Shown here piece after piece: positions 51,098 to 59,788 of a DNA stretch of 64,000 nt. Below the pieces are notes generated by a model. The model worked only from the letters and a program-made list of their open reading frames with translations, did no database searches and was not told the DNA's origin. Position 1 is the first letter of the stretch. Every line of letters begins with the position of its first letter. Made by a program: the position numbers and the translations under genes. The DNA is from an uncultured Alphaproteobacteria bacterium (GTDB taxonomy: Bacteria; Pseudomonadota; Alphaproteobacteria; HIMB59; GCA-002718135): positions 49 to 64,048 of the forward strand of contig CACNND010000002.1 of NCBI GenBank assembly GCA_902621725.1, given 5' to 3'.

Positions 51098-51126
51098 TTG
51101 GGAATAAAAGACTAGCCTTTTATAAT
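51098..51126 (+). promoter_or_regulatory. candidate sigma-70 promoter TTGGGA-17 nt-TATAAT
   Basis: Read directly. The -35-like hexamer is at 51098-51103, followed by a 17-nt spacer and a perfect TATAAT at 51121-51126, about 60 nt upstream of the lysine-rich ORF. In AT-rich DNA a TATAAT alone is weak evidence. Confidence 0.3.
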
Positions 51127-51143
51127 TATCACTTTGTGATAAT

Positions 51144-51159
51144 GGAGGGAGGTTCCTCC
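51144..51159 (+). promoter_or_regulatory. 5' UTR hairpin GGAGG-GAGGUU-CCUCC
   Basis: A GC-rich 5-bp stem in an AT-rich leader. Its CCUCC arm is complementary to the downstream SD AAGGAG (51175-51180). Confidence 0.3.
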
Positions 51160-51186
51160 GGGGTAACAAAATACAAGGAGTATTTT

Positions 51187-51363
51187 ATGGCTAAGAAGAA
51201 AAAGAAAGCTGCTCCAAAAAAGAAGAAAAAAGCAGCGCCTAAGAAAAAGAAAAAAGCAGCTCCTAAAAAGAAAAAGAAAAAAGCTGCTCCTAAGAAAAAG
51301 AAAAAAGCAGCTCCTAAAAAGAAAAAGAAAAAAGCTGCTAAAAAGAAGAAAAAGAGAAGATAG
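51187..51363 (+). CDS. 58-aa poly-lysine protein with KKAAP repeats (histone H1-like composition)
   Basis: The sequence is MAKKKKKAAPKKKKKAAPKKKKKAAPKKKKKKAAPKKKKKAAPKKKKKKAAKKKKKRR. The ATG at 51187 has an AAGGAG SD 6 nt upstream. The gene is followed by two hairpin terminators. The track ORF's upstream extension starts at a TTG with no SD. Confidence 0.6.
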   Translation: MAKKKKKAAPKKKKKAAPKKKKKAAPKKKKKKAAPKKKKKAAPKKKKKKAAKKKKKRR

Positions 51364-51381
51364 AAATACTTCAATTTTTCA

Positions 51382-51406
51382 AGAAAACTTTAAATTAAAG
51401 TTTTCT
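51382..51406 (+). terminator. 12-bp AT-rich perfect hairpin followed by a T-rich tract
   Basis: agaaaactttaa-a-ttaaagttttct, then ttttcttatcttttt. Confidence 0.4.
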
Positions 51407-51430
51407 TTTTCTTATCTTTTTCAAAAAAAT

Positions 51431-51457
51431 AAAACGGGGTTCTGCCCCGTTTTTTTA
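51431..51457 (+). terminator. rho-independent terminator
   Basis: aaaaCGGGGttctgCCCCGttttttt: a GC stem plus a T7 run. Confidence 0.8.
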
Positions 51458-51491
51458 TTGTTTTATATCAAAAAGTAATTAGATTTTAATA

Positions 51492-52097
51492 ATGTTAATT
51501 GTTAAAGATTTATCAGTAGAAAGACTGAATAAAAAGATATTTGAAAATATTAGTTTATCTCTTACTCCTGGAAATATTACTATTTTAAAAGGTAAAAATG
51601 GTGCTGGTAAAACTACTCTACTAAAAGCAATATTAAATATAATTGAGCCTTCCTTTGGATCAATATATTGGAAAGGAAAATTATTGAAAAAGAATTTATA
51701 TGATTTCTATAATAATGTTACTTACATTCCTGATACAACATCGAGTTTAAAAAAATTAACTATCAAAGATAATGTAAATATTTGGAAAAGGTTTTTTATT
51801 TCAAATATTAATAATGCTCAAATTGAAAAAGCACTTAAAACTTTAAAATTAGATAATTATTTAAATAAAAAAGTAGGAACATTGTCTTTTGGTGAAACTA
51901 AAAAATTAGAATTTTTAAGATTAATTATAGAAAATAAAAATGTTTGGATTTTAGATGAGCCTCTCTCAAATTTAGATGAAGATTCAATTGAGTTAGTGAA
52001 ACAAACTTTTGAAGATCATTGTGCTAAAGAAGGTTCTATAATTTTTAGCTCACACCAAAATCCAGGAATATATGTGACAGAAGAAATGCAATTATAA
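51492..52097 (+). CDS. ccmA: heme exporter ATP-binding protein CcmA
   Basis: 201 aa with Walker A GKNGAGKTT, signature LSFGETKK and Walker B WILDEP. Confidence 0.85.
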   Translation: MLIVKDLSVERLNKKIFENISLSLTPGNITILKGKNGAGKTTLLKAILNIIEPSFGSIYWKGKLLKKNLYDFYNNVTYIPDTTSSLKKLTIKDNVNIWKRFFISNINNAQIEKALKTLKLDNYLNKKVGTLSFGETKKLEFLRLIIENKNVWILDEPLSNLDEDSIELVKQTFEDHCAKEGSIIFSSHQNPGIYVTEEMQL

Positions 52098-52102
52098 ATA
52101 TA

Positions 52103-52774
52103 ATGAAATTTTTAAATAAAATAATTTTCTTTTATTACAGAGAATACAAATTAAACATTAGTGGCATTCAAGATATTTTAACAAATATCATTTTCTTTTT
52201 CATATCAATATTTATTTTTATTTTCTCTATTGGGCCAGATAAAGAAACAATTTCTCAGATAGGAGTAGGTATAGTTTGGGCATTATTACTATTAAGCTCA
52301 ACTTTATCTCTAAGAAAATTTTATCAAGATGACTTTGAGAATGGCAATTTGTTGATTATACATTTAAATGGCTTTAGTTTTGGGTTTATTGCAATTTTAA
52401 AAACTTTTTCACATTTTTTATTTGTTCAGGTACCTTTCCTATTATCATTACCGATTGCTTGCATCCTACTAAATATTGCAAATGATAAACTCTTATACTT
52501 ATTTGCAAGTTTTGGCATAGGATCTCTTACTCTATCCTGTTTAGGCTCAATTTCATCCTCAATGAACCTAATGAATCAACGAAACTTTCTGCTAGGTAGT
52601 GTTATAGTTATGATATTTAGTGTTCCAATAATTATTTTTTCAGTAGGTATCATTAATATGGAAGAAAACTTTAATTCTCTTATAAATATATTATTTGGAA
52701 TATTATTGATAGTTTTTGCTATAAATCCCTGGGCAAGCGGACTGTGTCTCAAACTTTCATTAGAAAATAATTAA
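52103..52774 (+). CDS. ccmB: heme exporter permease CcmB
   Basis: 223 aa, 6 TM helices, located between ccmA and ccmC. Confidence 0.85.
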   Translation: MKFLNKIIFFYYREYKLNISGIQDILTNIIFFFISIFIFIFSIGPDKETISQIGVGIVWALLLLSSTLSLRKFYQDDFENGNLLIIHLNGFSFGFIAILKTFSHFLFVQVPFLLSLPIACILLNIANDKLLYLFASFGIGSLTLSCLGSISSSMNLMNQRNFLLGSVIVMIFSVPIIIFSVGIINMEENFNSLINILFGILLIVFAINPWASGLCLKLSLENN

Positions 52775-52775
52775 T

Positions 52776-53474
52776 ATGAAGTTCTTAGTTAATCCAAGTA
52801 AATTTAATGAAGTAGCTGATTATATATTTAAACCAGTACTTATATTATCTATTGTTTTGTTTGCTTTAGGATTATTATTTTCTTTTTATCTATCACCAGA
52901 TGATTATCAGCAAGGATCTACTGTAAGAATAATGTATGTACATGTTCCAAGTGCATGGTTAGCTTTACTAACTTATGCAATAATGACTCTTTATAGTATT
53001 TTGGCACTTGCTTTTAGAATACCCTTTGGTTTTATTTTTAATACATCAGTAGCTCCAATAGGAGCGATTTTTACTTTAATATGTATAATAAGTGGGTCTT
53101 TATGGGGGAGGCCAATGTGGGGTACTTGGTGGGTATGGGATGCACGTTTAACTTCTGTTGCAATACTTTTTATTATTTATTTGATTATTATTTTTATGAA
53201 TTTATCTTTTGAAAACAGGATTGTAAGAGAAAAGGTTGTTGCTATTTTTATTCTTGTTGGGTCAATAAATCTGCCAATAGTTAAATTTTCTGTGGATTGG
53301 TGGAATACCCTACATCAACCTGCAACAATAAGTAAATTATCAAAACCCAGCATTGATCCTTCAATGTTGACACCTTTAATAATTATGACATTTGCATTTA
53401 TGATGATTGGAGTAGCAATAGCTATATTAAGAATAAAAACAGAGATAATTTCGAGAAAATCTAGTCTAAGTTAA
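52776..53474 (+). CDS. ccmC: heme exporter protein CcmC
   Basis: 232 aa with the tryptophan-rich WWD motif WGTWWVWDARLTS. Confidence 0.9.
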   Translation: MKFLVNPSKFNEVADYIFKPVLILSIVLFALGLLFSFYLSPDDYQQGSTVRIMYVHVPSAWLALLTYAIMTLYSILALAFRIPFGFIFNTSVAPIGAIFTLICIISGSLWGRPMWGTWWVWDARLTSVAILFIIYLIIIFMNLSFENRIVREKVVAIFILVGSINLPIVKFSVDWWNTLHQPATISKLSKPSIDPSMLTPLIIMTFAFMMIGVAIAILRIKTEIISRKSSLS

Positions 53475-53535
53475 TTTGTGACTTTTAGTCCATTGGATTA
53501 AGTATCATTCATAAATATTTTTGTTATTAGACACT

Positions 53536-53640
53536 ATGTATTTTTGGTATATTTTTGGATCTTATATTACAGCCCTTATATTAATTTTTTTGTTACTATT
53601 ATTTAGTTACTTAAAATTTAGAAGAACAAAAAATAAATGA
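53536..53640 (+). CDS. ccmD: heme exporter protein CcmD (34 aa)
   Basis: My own translation gives MYFWYIFGSYITALILIFLLLLFSYLKFRRTKNK: one TM helix plus a basic tail, typical of CcmD. Its stop overlaps the ccmE start as ATGA. Confidence 0.6.
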   Translation: MYFWYIFGSYITALILIFLLLLFSYLKFRRTKNK

Positions 53641-54077
53641 GTTTACGCTTTCAAAGATTGCTCCTAATATTGTTTACTCTGATTATAATATTTAGTGCGG
53701 TTTTACTAATTTTATATAACACTAGAGAAAACGTATCATATTTTTATACACCATCTGAAATTAATAAATCAGATATCAAAATAAATAAAATAATAAGAAT
53801 AGGTGGCTTTGTAGAAAATGACAGTTTTAAAAAAATTTCTTCAAGTTCATTTGAATTTAGAATTACAGATGAAAAAGCATCTATTCTTGTTACTTTTAAT
53901 GGAATTCTTCCTGATTTATTTAGAGAGGGGCAAGGTGCAGTGATAGAAGGTATGTTTGTAAATAATGATGTTTTCAATGCAAACGATGTTTTTGCAAAAC
54001 ATGATGAAAATTATATGCCTGCTTCAATAAAAGAGGGTCTGAAAGATACAGGATATTGGAATAAAAAATATAAATGA
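53637..54077 (+). CDS. ccmE: cytochrome c-type biogenesis heme chaperone CcmE
   Basis: 146 aa with an N-terminal TM helix and the heme-binding motif AKHDENYMP. Confidence 0.9.
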   Translation: MSLRFQRLLLILFTLIIIFSAVLLILYNTRENVSYFYTPSEINKSDIKINKIIRIGGFVENDSFKKISSSSFEFRITDEKASILVTFNGILPDLFREGQGAVIEGMFVNNDVFNANDVFAKHDENYMPASIKEGLKDTGYWNKKYK

Positions 54078-55936
54078 TTTCATTAATTGGTTTTTTAAGC
54101 TTAGTTTTTGCAATAGGTATTAATTTTTACTTATTATTATCAAGATATATATTTAAATTTAAAAAGCAGAGATTTAATTTTTTTATTCGTCTCTCATCTT
54201 TATTAACCTTATTATCTTTTTTTTCATTAATGTATGCTTATGTAACATCAGATTTTTCGAATTATAATGTTTTTCAAAACTCTCATTCTGATAAACCATT
54301 AATTTATAAAATATCAGGCACCTGGGGGAATCATGAAGGATCAATGCTTTTGTGGCTTTGTATATTGTCTATCTTTAGCTTCTTTTTTTCTTTCACCAAA
54401 AATATAGAGGATAATTTTCAGAAATTAACTTTGATTATTCAAGCTTTTCTTCATATTTTGTTTGGTCTCTTTATAGTACTTACCTCTAATCCTTTTCTCG
54501 TTAACTCAATATTAGTTAATGAAGGTTTAGGTTTAAATCCTATTTTACAAGATCCTGGATTAGCTATTCATCCTCCAGTTTTATATGCAGGTTATGTTGG
54601 TTATTCTATAGTTTTCAGTATTGCAATCGCTGGTTTGTTTCAAAATGCAGATGATGAATGGCTGTATGTCGCAAAGAAATGGTCATTAATTAGTTGGACT
54701 TTTTTAACTGGTGGAATAGCTCTGGGTTCATACTGGGCATATTATGAATTAGGGTGGGGTGGTTGGTGGTTTTGGGATCCAGTAGAAAATATCTCACTTA
54801 TGCCTTGGATTGCTGGACTTGCATTAGTTCACTCTCTAATTATGGTGAGAGGTGAACAAGCTATTAAAAAGTGGATAGTTTTTTTATCAATTCTGTGCTT
54901 TTCATTAAGTGTGTTTGGAACATTTTTGGTAAGATCTGGAATTTTAACAAGTGTACATTCATTCGCTGCAGATTCTTCTAGAGGTGTATTTATATTGCTA
55001 ATTTTTTTTATTATAACAGGATTTGGTTTTTTAGTTTTCTTATTGAAAGAACCAAAAAAATCAAACTCTTTAAACTTATTATTTATCAATAAAGTTTCAG
55101 CCCTGGTGATAAATAATATTTTAATGATTATAGCAACATTAACTATTCTTTTGGGAACTATTTATCCGATTATAATTGAAGTATTATATAACAAAAGAAT
55201 ATCAGTTGGGGGTCCTTATTTTAATTCAACAGTAATCCCAATCATGATCCCAGGTTTCTTATTAATGAGCATAGCACCAATTTTATCTTGGCAAACAAGT
55301 AAAATAAAAAGTTCAAAAAAATATGCTCTAAGTTTTATTATTTTAAGTATAGTGGTTCTATTGCAATCCTACTTTCTAAATTTTAATACATGGGGTTTTG
55401 TTGGTTTACTTTTAGGTCTTTGGATAATATTAGCATCAATTATTGCAATATTAACTTCTTATAAAATTAAATTTACTATTAAATTTTTCCAAATAATTAA
55501 TCCTCATATAGCACATATTGGTGTTGGTATTGCTATTATTGGGATAACTTGCTCTAGTGTTTTTCAAAATGAACTTGATTTTAATCTTAGTGAAGGAGAT
55601 GAATTTAATGTTAATGGAAAAAAAGTTTTGTTTGAAAAAATTGAAACTACTAATGAGACTAATTTCCAAGCACTGAGAGGAAAGTTTTTATTTAATATTG
55701 AAAGTAACAAAATAAATGAAATTAAGGCTGGAAAAAATTATTATCCTGTATCTAAAATTATTACGTCTGAAGCTGGTATTTTACATCAATGGAACAGAGA
55801 TATTTATTTCATTCTTGGTGATCAAAAAAATAATGAATGGTTTGTGAGAGTTTTAATTAATCCTTTTGTTAGCTTTATATGGCTTGGAGTGATACTAATG
55901 GTGTATTCAGGTTTAATAGCAGTTACGAGAAGATGA
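54074..55936 (+). CDS. ccmF: cytochrome c heme lyase subunit CcmF
   Basis: 620 aa, polytopic, with the WWD motif WGGWWFWDPVEN. Confidence 0.9.
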   Translation: MISLIGFLSLVFAIGINFYLLLSRYIFKFKKQRFNFFIRLSSLLTLLSFFSLMYAYVTSDFSNYNVFQNSHSDKPLIYKISGTWGNHEGSMLLWLCILSIFSFFFSFTKNIEDNFQKLTLIIQAFLHILFGLFIVLTSNPFLVNSILVNEGLGLNPILQDPGLAIHPPVLYAGYVGYSIVFSIAIAGLFQNADDEWLYVAKKWSLISWTFLTGGIALGSYWAYYELGWGGWWFWDPVENISLMPWIAGLALVHSLIMVRGEQAIKKWIVFLSILCFSLSVFGTFLVRSGILTSVHSFAADSSRGVFILLIFFIITGFGFLVFLLKEPKKSNSLNLLFINKVSALVINNILMIIATLTILLGTIYPIIIEVLYNKRISVGGPYFNSTVIPIMIPGFLLMSIAPILSWQTSKIKSSKKYALSFIILSIVVLLQSYFLNFNTWGFVGLLLGLWIILASIIAILTSYKIKFTIKFFQIINPHIAHIGVGIAIIGITCSSVFQNELDFNLSEGDEFNVNGKKVLFEKIETTNETNFQALRGKFLFNIESNKINEIKAGKNYYPVSKIITSEAGILHQWNRDIYFILGDQKNNEWFVRVLINPFVSFIWLGVILMVYSGLIAVTRR

Positions 55937-56457
55937 ATAGAATATTTCTTTTAACACCATTAATTGTACTTTTAATAGTATGTATTTTTTCATTAATATA
56001 TCTATTAACAGGTAAAGATCCTAATAAACCTCCAAGTGCACTTTTAAACAAAAGCGTTCCTATCTTTGAAAGTAGTTCTCTTTACAATTCAAATGAAATA
56101 ATAAAAACAAAAGACTTACAAAATAAGAAGACCTTAATTAATTTTTTTGCTTCTTGGTGTAGTCCTTGCAAAGTTGAACATCCATTATTTTTTGAAATAC
56201 GAAAAAATTATCCAGAATTATATTTGTTAGGATTTAATCACAAAGATCCTACGTTAGATGCAAAAAAATATTTAAAAGATGACGGCAATCCATATCATTT
56301 TGTTGGTGTAGACTCTGATGGACTAATTGCTTTGGAGTTTGGTGTTTTTGGCCTACCTGAAACTTATTTAATCAACGAAGAGGGTACAATTATTTACAAA
56401 TTTATGGGGCCATTAACAAAGGACATTCTAAAAAATGAAATTGCACCACTACTTTAA
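55933..56457 (+). CDS. ccmG: thiol:disulfide interchange protein CcmG/DsbE
   Basis: Thioredoxin motif WCSPC. The likely start is MNRIFLL (ATG at 55933), which overlaps the ccmF stop as ATGA. The track ORF extends 18 codons further into ccmF. Confidence 0.85.
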   Translation: MNRIFLLTPLIVLLIVCIFSLIYLLTGKDPNKPPSALLNKSVPIFESSSLYNSNEIIKTKDLQNKKTLINFFASWCSPCKVEHPLFFEIRKNYPELYLLGFNHKDPTLDAKKYLKDDGNPYHFVGVDSDGLIALEFGVFGLPETYLINEEGTIIYKFMGPLTKDILKNEIAPLL

Positions 56458-56821
56458 AATTATATTCATAAAATTTTTTAGTTTAATTTTTTTTACTTTA
56501 AACGTCTATGCAATTGAAAATATTGATGAAAAAGTAAAGAGTTTAACTCTTGAGTTACGATGTATGACTTGTCAAAACCAAAGTATTTATGACTCAGATG
56601 CTGAATTTTCTAATGATATAAAAAAAATAGTCAAACAAAAGTTGCAACAAGGTAAAAGTGAAAGAGAGATAAAGAAATTTTTAGTTGAAAGATATGGTGA
56701 ATATATTCTTTTTAGGCCACTAATAAATTTAAATAATATCTTTCTATGGAGTTTTCCTTTTATATTGCTAATATTTGGCTTATTTTTTCTCCTAATAAAG
56801 ACCAAAAAAAAGAGTGTCTGA
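56435..56821 (+). CDS. ccmH: cytochrome c-type biogenesis protein CcmH
   Basis: 128 aa with the motif LRCMTCQNQSIYDS. Confidence 0.85.
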   Translation: MKLHHYFKIIFIKFFSLIFFTLNVYAIENIDEKVKSLTLELRCMTCQNQSIYDSDAEFSNDIKKIVKQKLQQGKSEREIKKFLVERYGEYILFRPLINLNNIFLWSFPFILLIFGLFFLLIKTKKKSV

Positions 56822-56897
56822 AACAATTTATTTTGTTTTTTTTTATTTAGATTATAAGATCTTTCTATAATTTAGAAATACTCTTCAAGGAGGAAAA

Positions 56898-57731
56898 GTG
56901 AAAAAAATTTTAATATACATTTTATCAGTTGGTATTGTAGGAATTGCTTCAGTTGCAAATTCACAAACAATAAGAATTGGTACAGAAGGTGCATATCCAC
57001 CATGGAATAATCTTAATTCAGCAGGCGAACTTGAAGGAGCTGAAATTGATTTTGGTAATGAAGCTTGTGAAAGAATGGGTGTAACATGTGAATGGGTAAC
57101 TCAAGATTGGGATGGAATAATTCCAGCTCTTCTTCAAGGTAAGTATGACATCATAATTGCTGGTATGTCAATTACAGAGGAAAGAAAAGAAAAAGTTAAT
57201 TTTACTACTGGTTACATGACTGATGGCGCAAGATTTGCAGTTCTGAAAGACAGTGGTCTAGCAAATTTAAATATCGCTGGAATGGCAAAAGTTAATCTTA
57301 ACAATGCCGGAGGCAAAGAACAAGCAGCTATTGGACAATTAATTGCAGCAATGGACGGTAAAACTGTTTGTGTACAATCTTCTACTATTCATCAGAACTT
57401 TTTAGAAAAACATATGTCTGGAGCTGTAGATGTTAAACTATATCAAGCTGTTGATGATCACAATTTGGATTTAGCTGCAGGTAGATGTGATGCTGTTTTA
57501 GCAGATGTAGGATCCATTATTGATTTTATGGAATCTGATGGTGGAGTTGATGTTGCTTTTACAGGTCCAACCTTCTCAGGAGGTGTATTCGGTGATGGTG
57601 TTGGAGGTGCTGTACGTAAAGAAGATACAAATATTTTAGAAATGTGGAATGCTGCGATTTCTGAAATGTCAAAAGACGGCACAACTGCTGAAATTACAAA
57701 AAAATGGTTTGGAAGAGATATTTCAATGTAA
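56898..57731 (+). CDS. amino-acid ABC transporter substrate-binding protein (family 3, LAO/octopine type)
   Basis: 277 aa with a signal peptide and the blocks IRIGTEGAYPPW...DIIIAGMSIT. GTG start with a strong AAGGAGG SD. No permease or ATPase gene is adjacent. Confidence 0.85.
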   Translation: MKKILIYILSVGIVGIASVANSQTIRIGTEGAYPPWNNLNSAGELEGAEIDFGNEACERMGVTCEWVTQDWDGIIPALLQGKYDIIIAGMSITEERKEKVNFTTGYMTDGARFAVLKDSGLANLNIAGMAKVNLNNAGGKEQAAIGQLIAAMDGKTVCVQSSTIHQNFLEKHMSGAVDVKLYQAVDDHNLDLAAGRCDAVLADVGSIIDFMESDGGVDVAFTGPTFSGGVFGDGVGGAVRKEDTNILEMWNAAISEMSKDGTTAEITKKWFGRDISM

Positions 57732-57750
57732 GTATTTTATTAATTAGATA

Positions 57751-57778
57751 AAAGCGGCCTTTAAAGGCCGCTTTTTTT
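57751..57778 (+). terminator. rho-independent terminator
   Basis: aaaGCGGCCtttaaaGGCCGCttttttt. Confidence 0.8.
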
Positions 57779-57849
57779 ATGTCAAATAATAAAAAGTAAT
57801 AATAAAATTGCAATACAGAATGAAATAAATTAATTAATTATAATACCCT

Positions 57850-58131
57850 ATGAATTCTCTTTTAGGCTTAATTATACAAATAATAAATTTATATCAGTTA
57901 ATTTTAATTGTTTATATCATCACAACATGGTTGTTAAATTTCAATATTATTAATGCATCAAATAGATTGGTATTTACTTTAATGGATGCCATGTATCGTT
58001 TATGTGAACCAAGTCTCAGATTGGTTAGAAGATATTTACCAGTATTTGGTACTTTAGATTTATCTCCAATTGTTGTCTATCTTGCTTTATGGTTTGTAAA
58101 AAGTCTTTTAATCGAATATTGGCCTAGATAA
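57850..58131 (+). CDS. yggT: YggT-family membrane protein
   Basis: 93 aa with two TM helices and a family-typical central motif (...EPSLRLVRRYLP...LDLSPIV). Confidence 0.75.
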   Translation: MNSLLGLIIQIINLYQLILIVYIITTWLLNFNIINASNRLVFTLMDAMYRLCEPSLRLVRRYLPVFGTLDLSPIVVYLALWFVKSLLIEYWPR

Positions 58132-58132
58132 A

Positions 58133-59020
58133 ATGACTAAAGTTATTGATGGAATAAATATTTCTCAAAATTTAAAAGATAATTTAAAAAAAGAAATTTC
58201 ATTTCTGCAAAGTAAGCATAACAAAGTACCAGGATTAGCAGTTGTACAGGTAGGTGATGTTGCGGCAAGTAGCGTATACGTAAAAGCTAAAACAAAAAGT
58301 GCGTTAGAAGTAGGAATTGAGGTAATAGATCATCATCTAAACAGCGAAACAAATCAAAATGATTTAATCAAATTGATATATAAATTAAATCATCAACAAA
58401 ATGTTAATGGGATTTTAGTGCAATTACCATTACCTGATCATATAAACGAACAAGTCATTCTTGATAGTATCGATCCTGAAAAAGATGCTGACGGTTTTCA
58501 TCCTTTGAATGTTGGTAAATTATCAATAAGTTCTAAAAATGATGAAAATTTGCTTTTACCTTGCACCCCCTTTGGTTGCCTTTTGATGCTTAAAGAACTT
58601 AATGTAAATTTAGAGGGAAAAAATGCAGTAATTGTTGGAAGATCAAATATTGTAGGTAAACCAATGGCTCAGTTATTGCTTAAAGAGTCTTGCACTGTTA
58701 CAATTGCTCATTCAAAAACTACTGAACTTAAGAAACTATGTATGAGTGCTGATATTTTGGTAGCTGCAATTGGTAAACCTGAATTTATAAAAGGTGATTG
58801 GATTAAAAAAAACGCAATAGTAATTGATGTAGGAATTAATAGAGTACAAAAAGAAATTAATGGTGAACTAAAAAATAAACTTGTAGGTGATATCGATTTT
58901 GAAGAAGTAAAAATTAAAGCCTCTGCAGTAACACCTGTACCTGGAGGAGTTGGCCCAATGACAATTGCGTGCCTTCTTAAAAATACTACGACATCTTTTA
59001 AAAAAAATTTACTTAAATAA
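58133..59020 (+). CDS. folD: bifunctional methylenetetrahydrofolate dehydrogenase/cyclohydrolase
   Basis: 295 aa with GILVQLPLP, the DGFHPLNVG motif and VPGGVGPMT. Confidence 0.95.
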   Translation: MTKVIDGINISQNLKDNLKKEISFLQSKHNKVPGLAVVQVGDVAASSVYVKAKTKSALEVGIEVIDHHLNSETNQNDLIKLIYKLNHQQNVNGILVQLPLPDHINEQVILDSIDPEKDADGFHPLNVGKLSISSKNDENLLLPCTPFGCLLMLKELNVNLEGKNAVIVGRSNIVGKPMAQLLLKESCTVTIAHSKTTELKKLCMSADILVAAIGKPEFIKGDWIKKNAIVIDVGINRVQKEINGELKNKLVGDIDFEEVKIKASAVTPVPGGVGPMTIACLLKNTTTSFKKNLLK

Positions 59021-59025
59021 ATTTT

Positions 59026-59766
59026 TTATTGCTCACCTTTTTTATGGATTAAATATTTGCTAATAAAAGGATCGTATTTCATAACATCCATATTTCTTTT
59101 AATTGACCAGTTTCCCAATTTTTTTTCATTGTAGTTTCCATGTTCATTTGTTTTCCTTTCTAAAAAAAGAAAACGCCATCTTGTTGCATCAAATGCATGG
59201 CAATCTGTAAATGCTGGAAGACTATAGATTAAATCATAAATATAATAATTTATATATTGTTGGAAAAAAATATCAGATATTCTTTCATTATTTTTGTTTT
59301 TAATTAAGTTATTGAAACCTATAAAACCAGTTTCTGAATAAAAACCTAACCTGTCATAAAAAGCGGTAAATATTTTATCTGGCAGACACTCATTAAACCA
59401 AGTATCTGGTATAAATTTTAAAAACTCAATGTCGCTATCAATATAAAATATATGATCGCCATATTTTCTTGCATCATTTTGAGCAAAAACTTTAAAAGAA
59501 AATCTTACTGCATCGAGTAAGTAAGAAATTTTAGATAATTTTTCATACTTTTTCAAATTTCTTTCTACAAATTTTTTTGATTCTGGTTGAGCATCATATA
59601 GATTAATAAATATTACATTTGGGTATTTCGGATAATAAGAGATATCATCTTCAACGTAACAATATAAAGGAAGTTTTTGGTTAGTATTTATATAACTATT
59701 CAACAATTTTTGGCCATTAATTTCAAATATTTTTTTATTAAATGTACAAACAAATATTTTATTCAT
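59026..59766 (-). CDS. hypothetical protein, possible GT-A-like nucleotide-sugar transferase
   Basis: 246 aa, cytoplasmic, with a DxD-like motif (FYIDSDIEF). I recognise no confident family. Confidence 0.45.
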   Translation of the reverse strand: MNKIFVCTFNKKIFEINGQKLLNSYINTNQKLPLYCYVEDDISYYPKYPNVIFINLYDAQPESKKFVERNLKKYEKLSKISYLLDAVRFSFKVFAQNDARKYGDHIFYIDSDIEFLKFIPDTWFNECLPDKIFTAFYDRLGFYSETGFIGFNNLIKNKNNERISDIFFQQYINYYIYDLIYSLPAFTDCHAFDATRWRFLFLERKTNEHGNYNEKKLGNWSIKRNMDVMKYDPFISKYLIHKKGEQ

Positions 59767-59788
59767 ATTTTTATTAGTGATAAGTAAA

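Noticed and set aside
51076-51186. The N-terminal extension of the lysine-rich ORF, starting at the TTG at 51076 or the ATG at 51142.
   Set aside because: Neither start has an SD, whereas the ATG at 51187 has AAGGAG at ideal spacing. The extension would also cover the candidate promoter and the leader hairpin.
51129-51374. An 81-aa minus-strand ORF rich in Phe/Ala/Gly.
   Set aside because: It is the antisense reading of the AAG/AAA-rich lysine repeat. It has no SD and runs into the promoter region.
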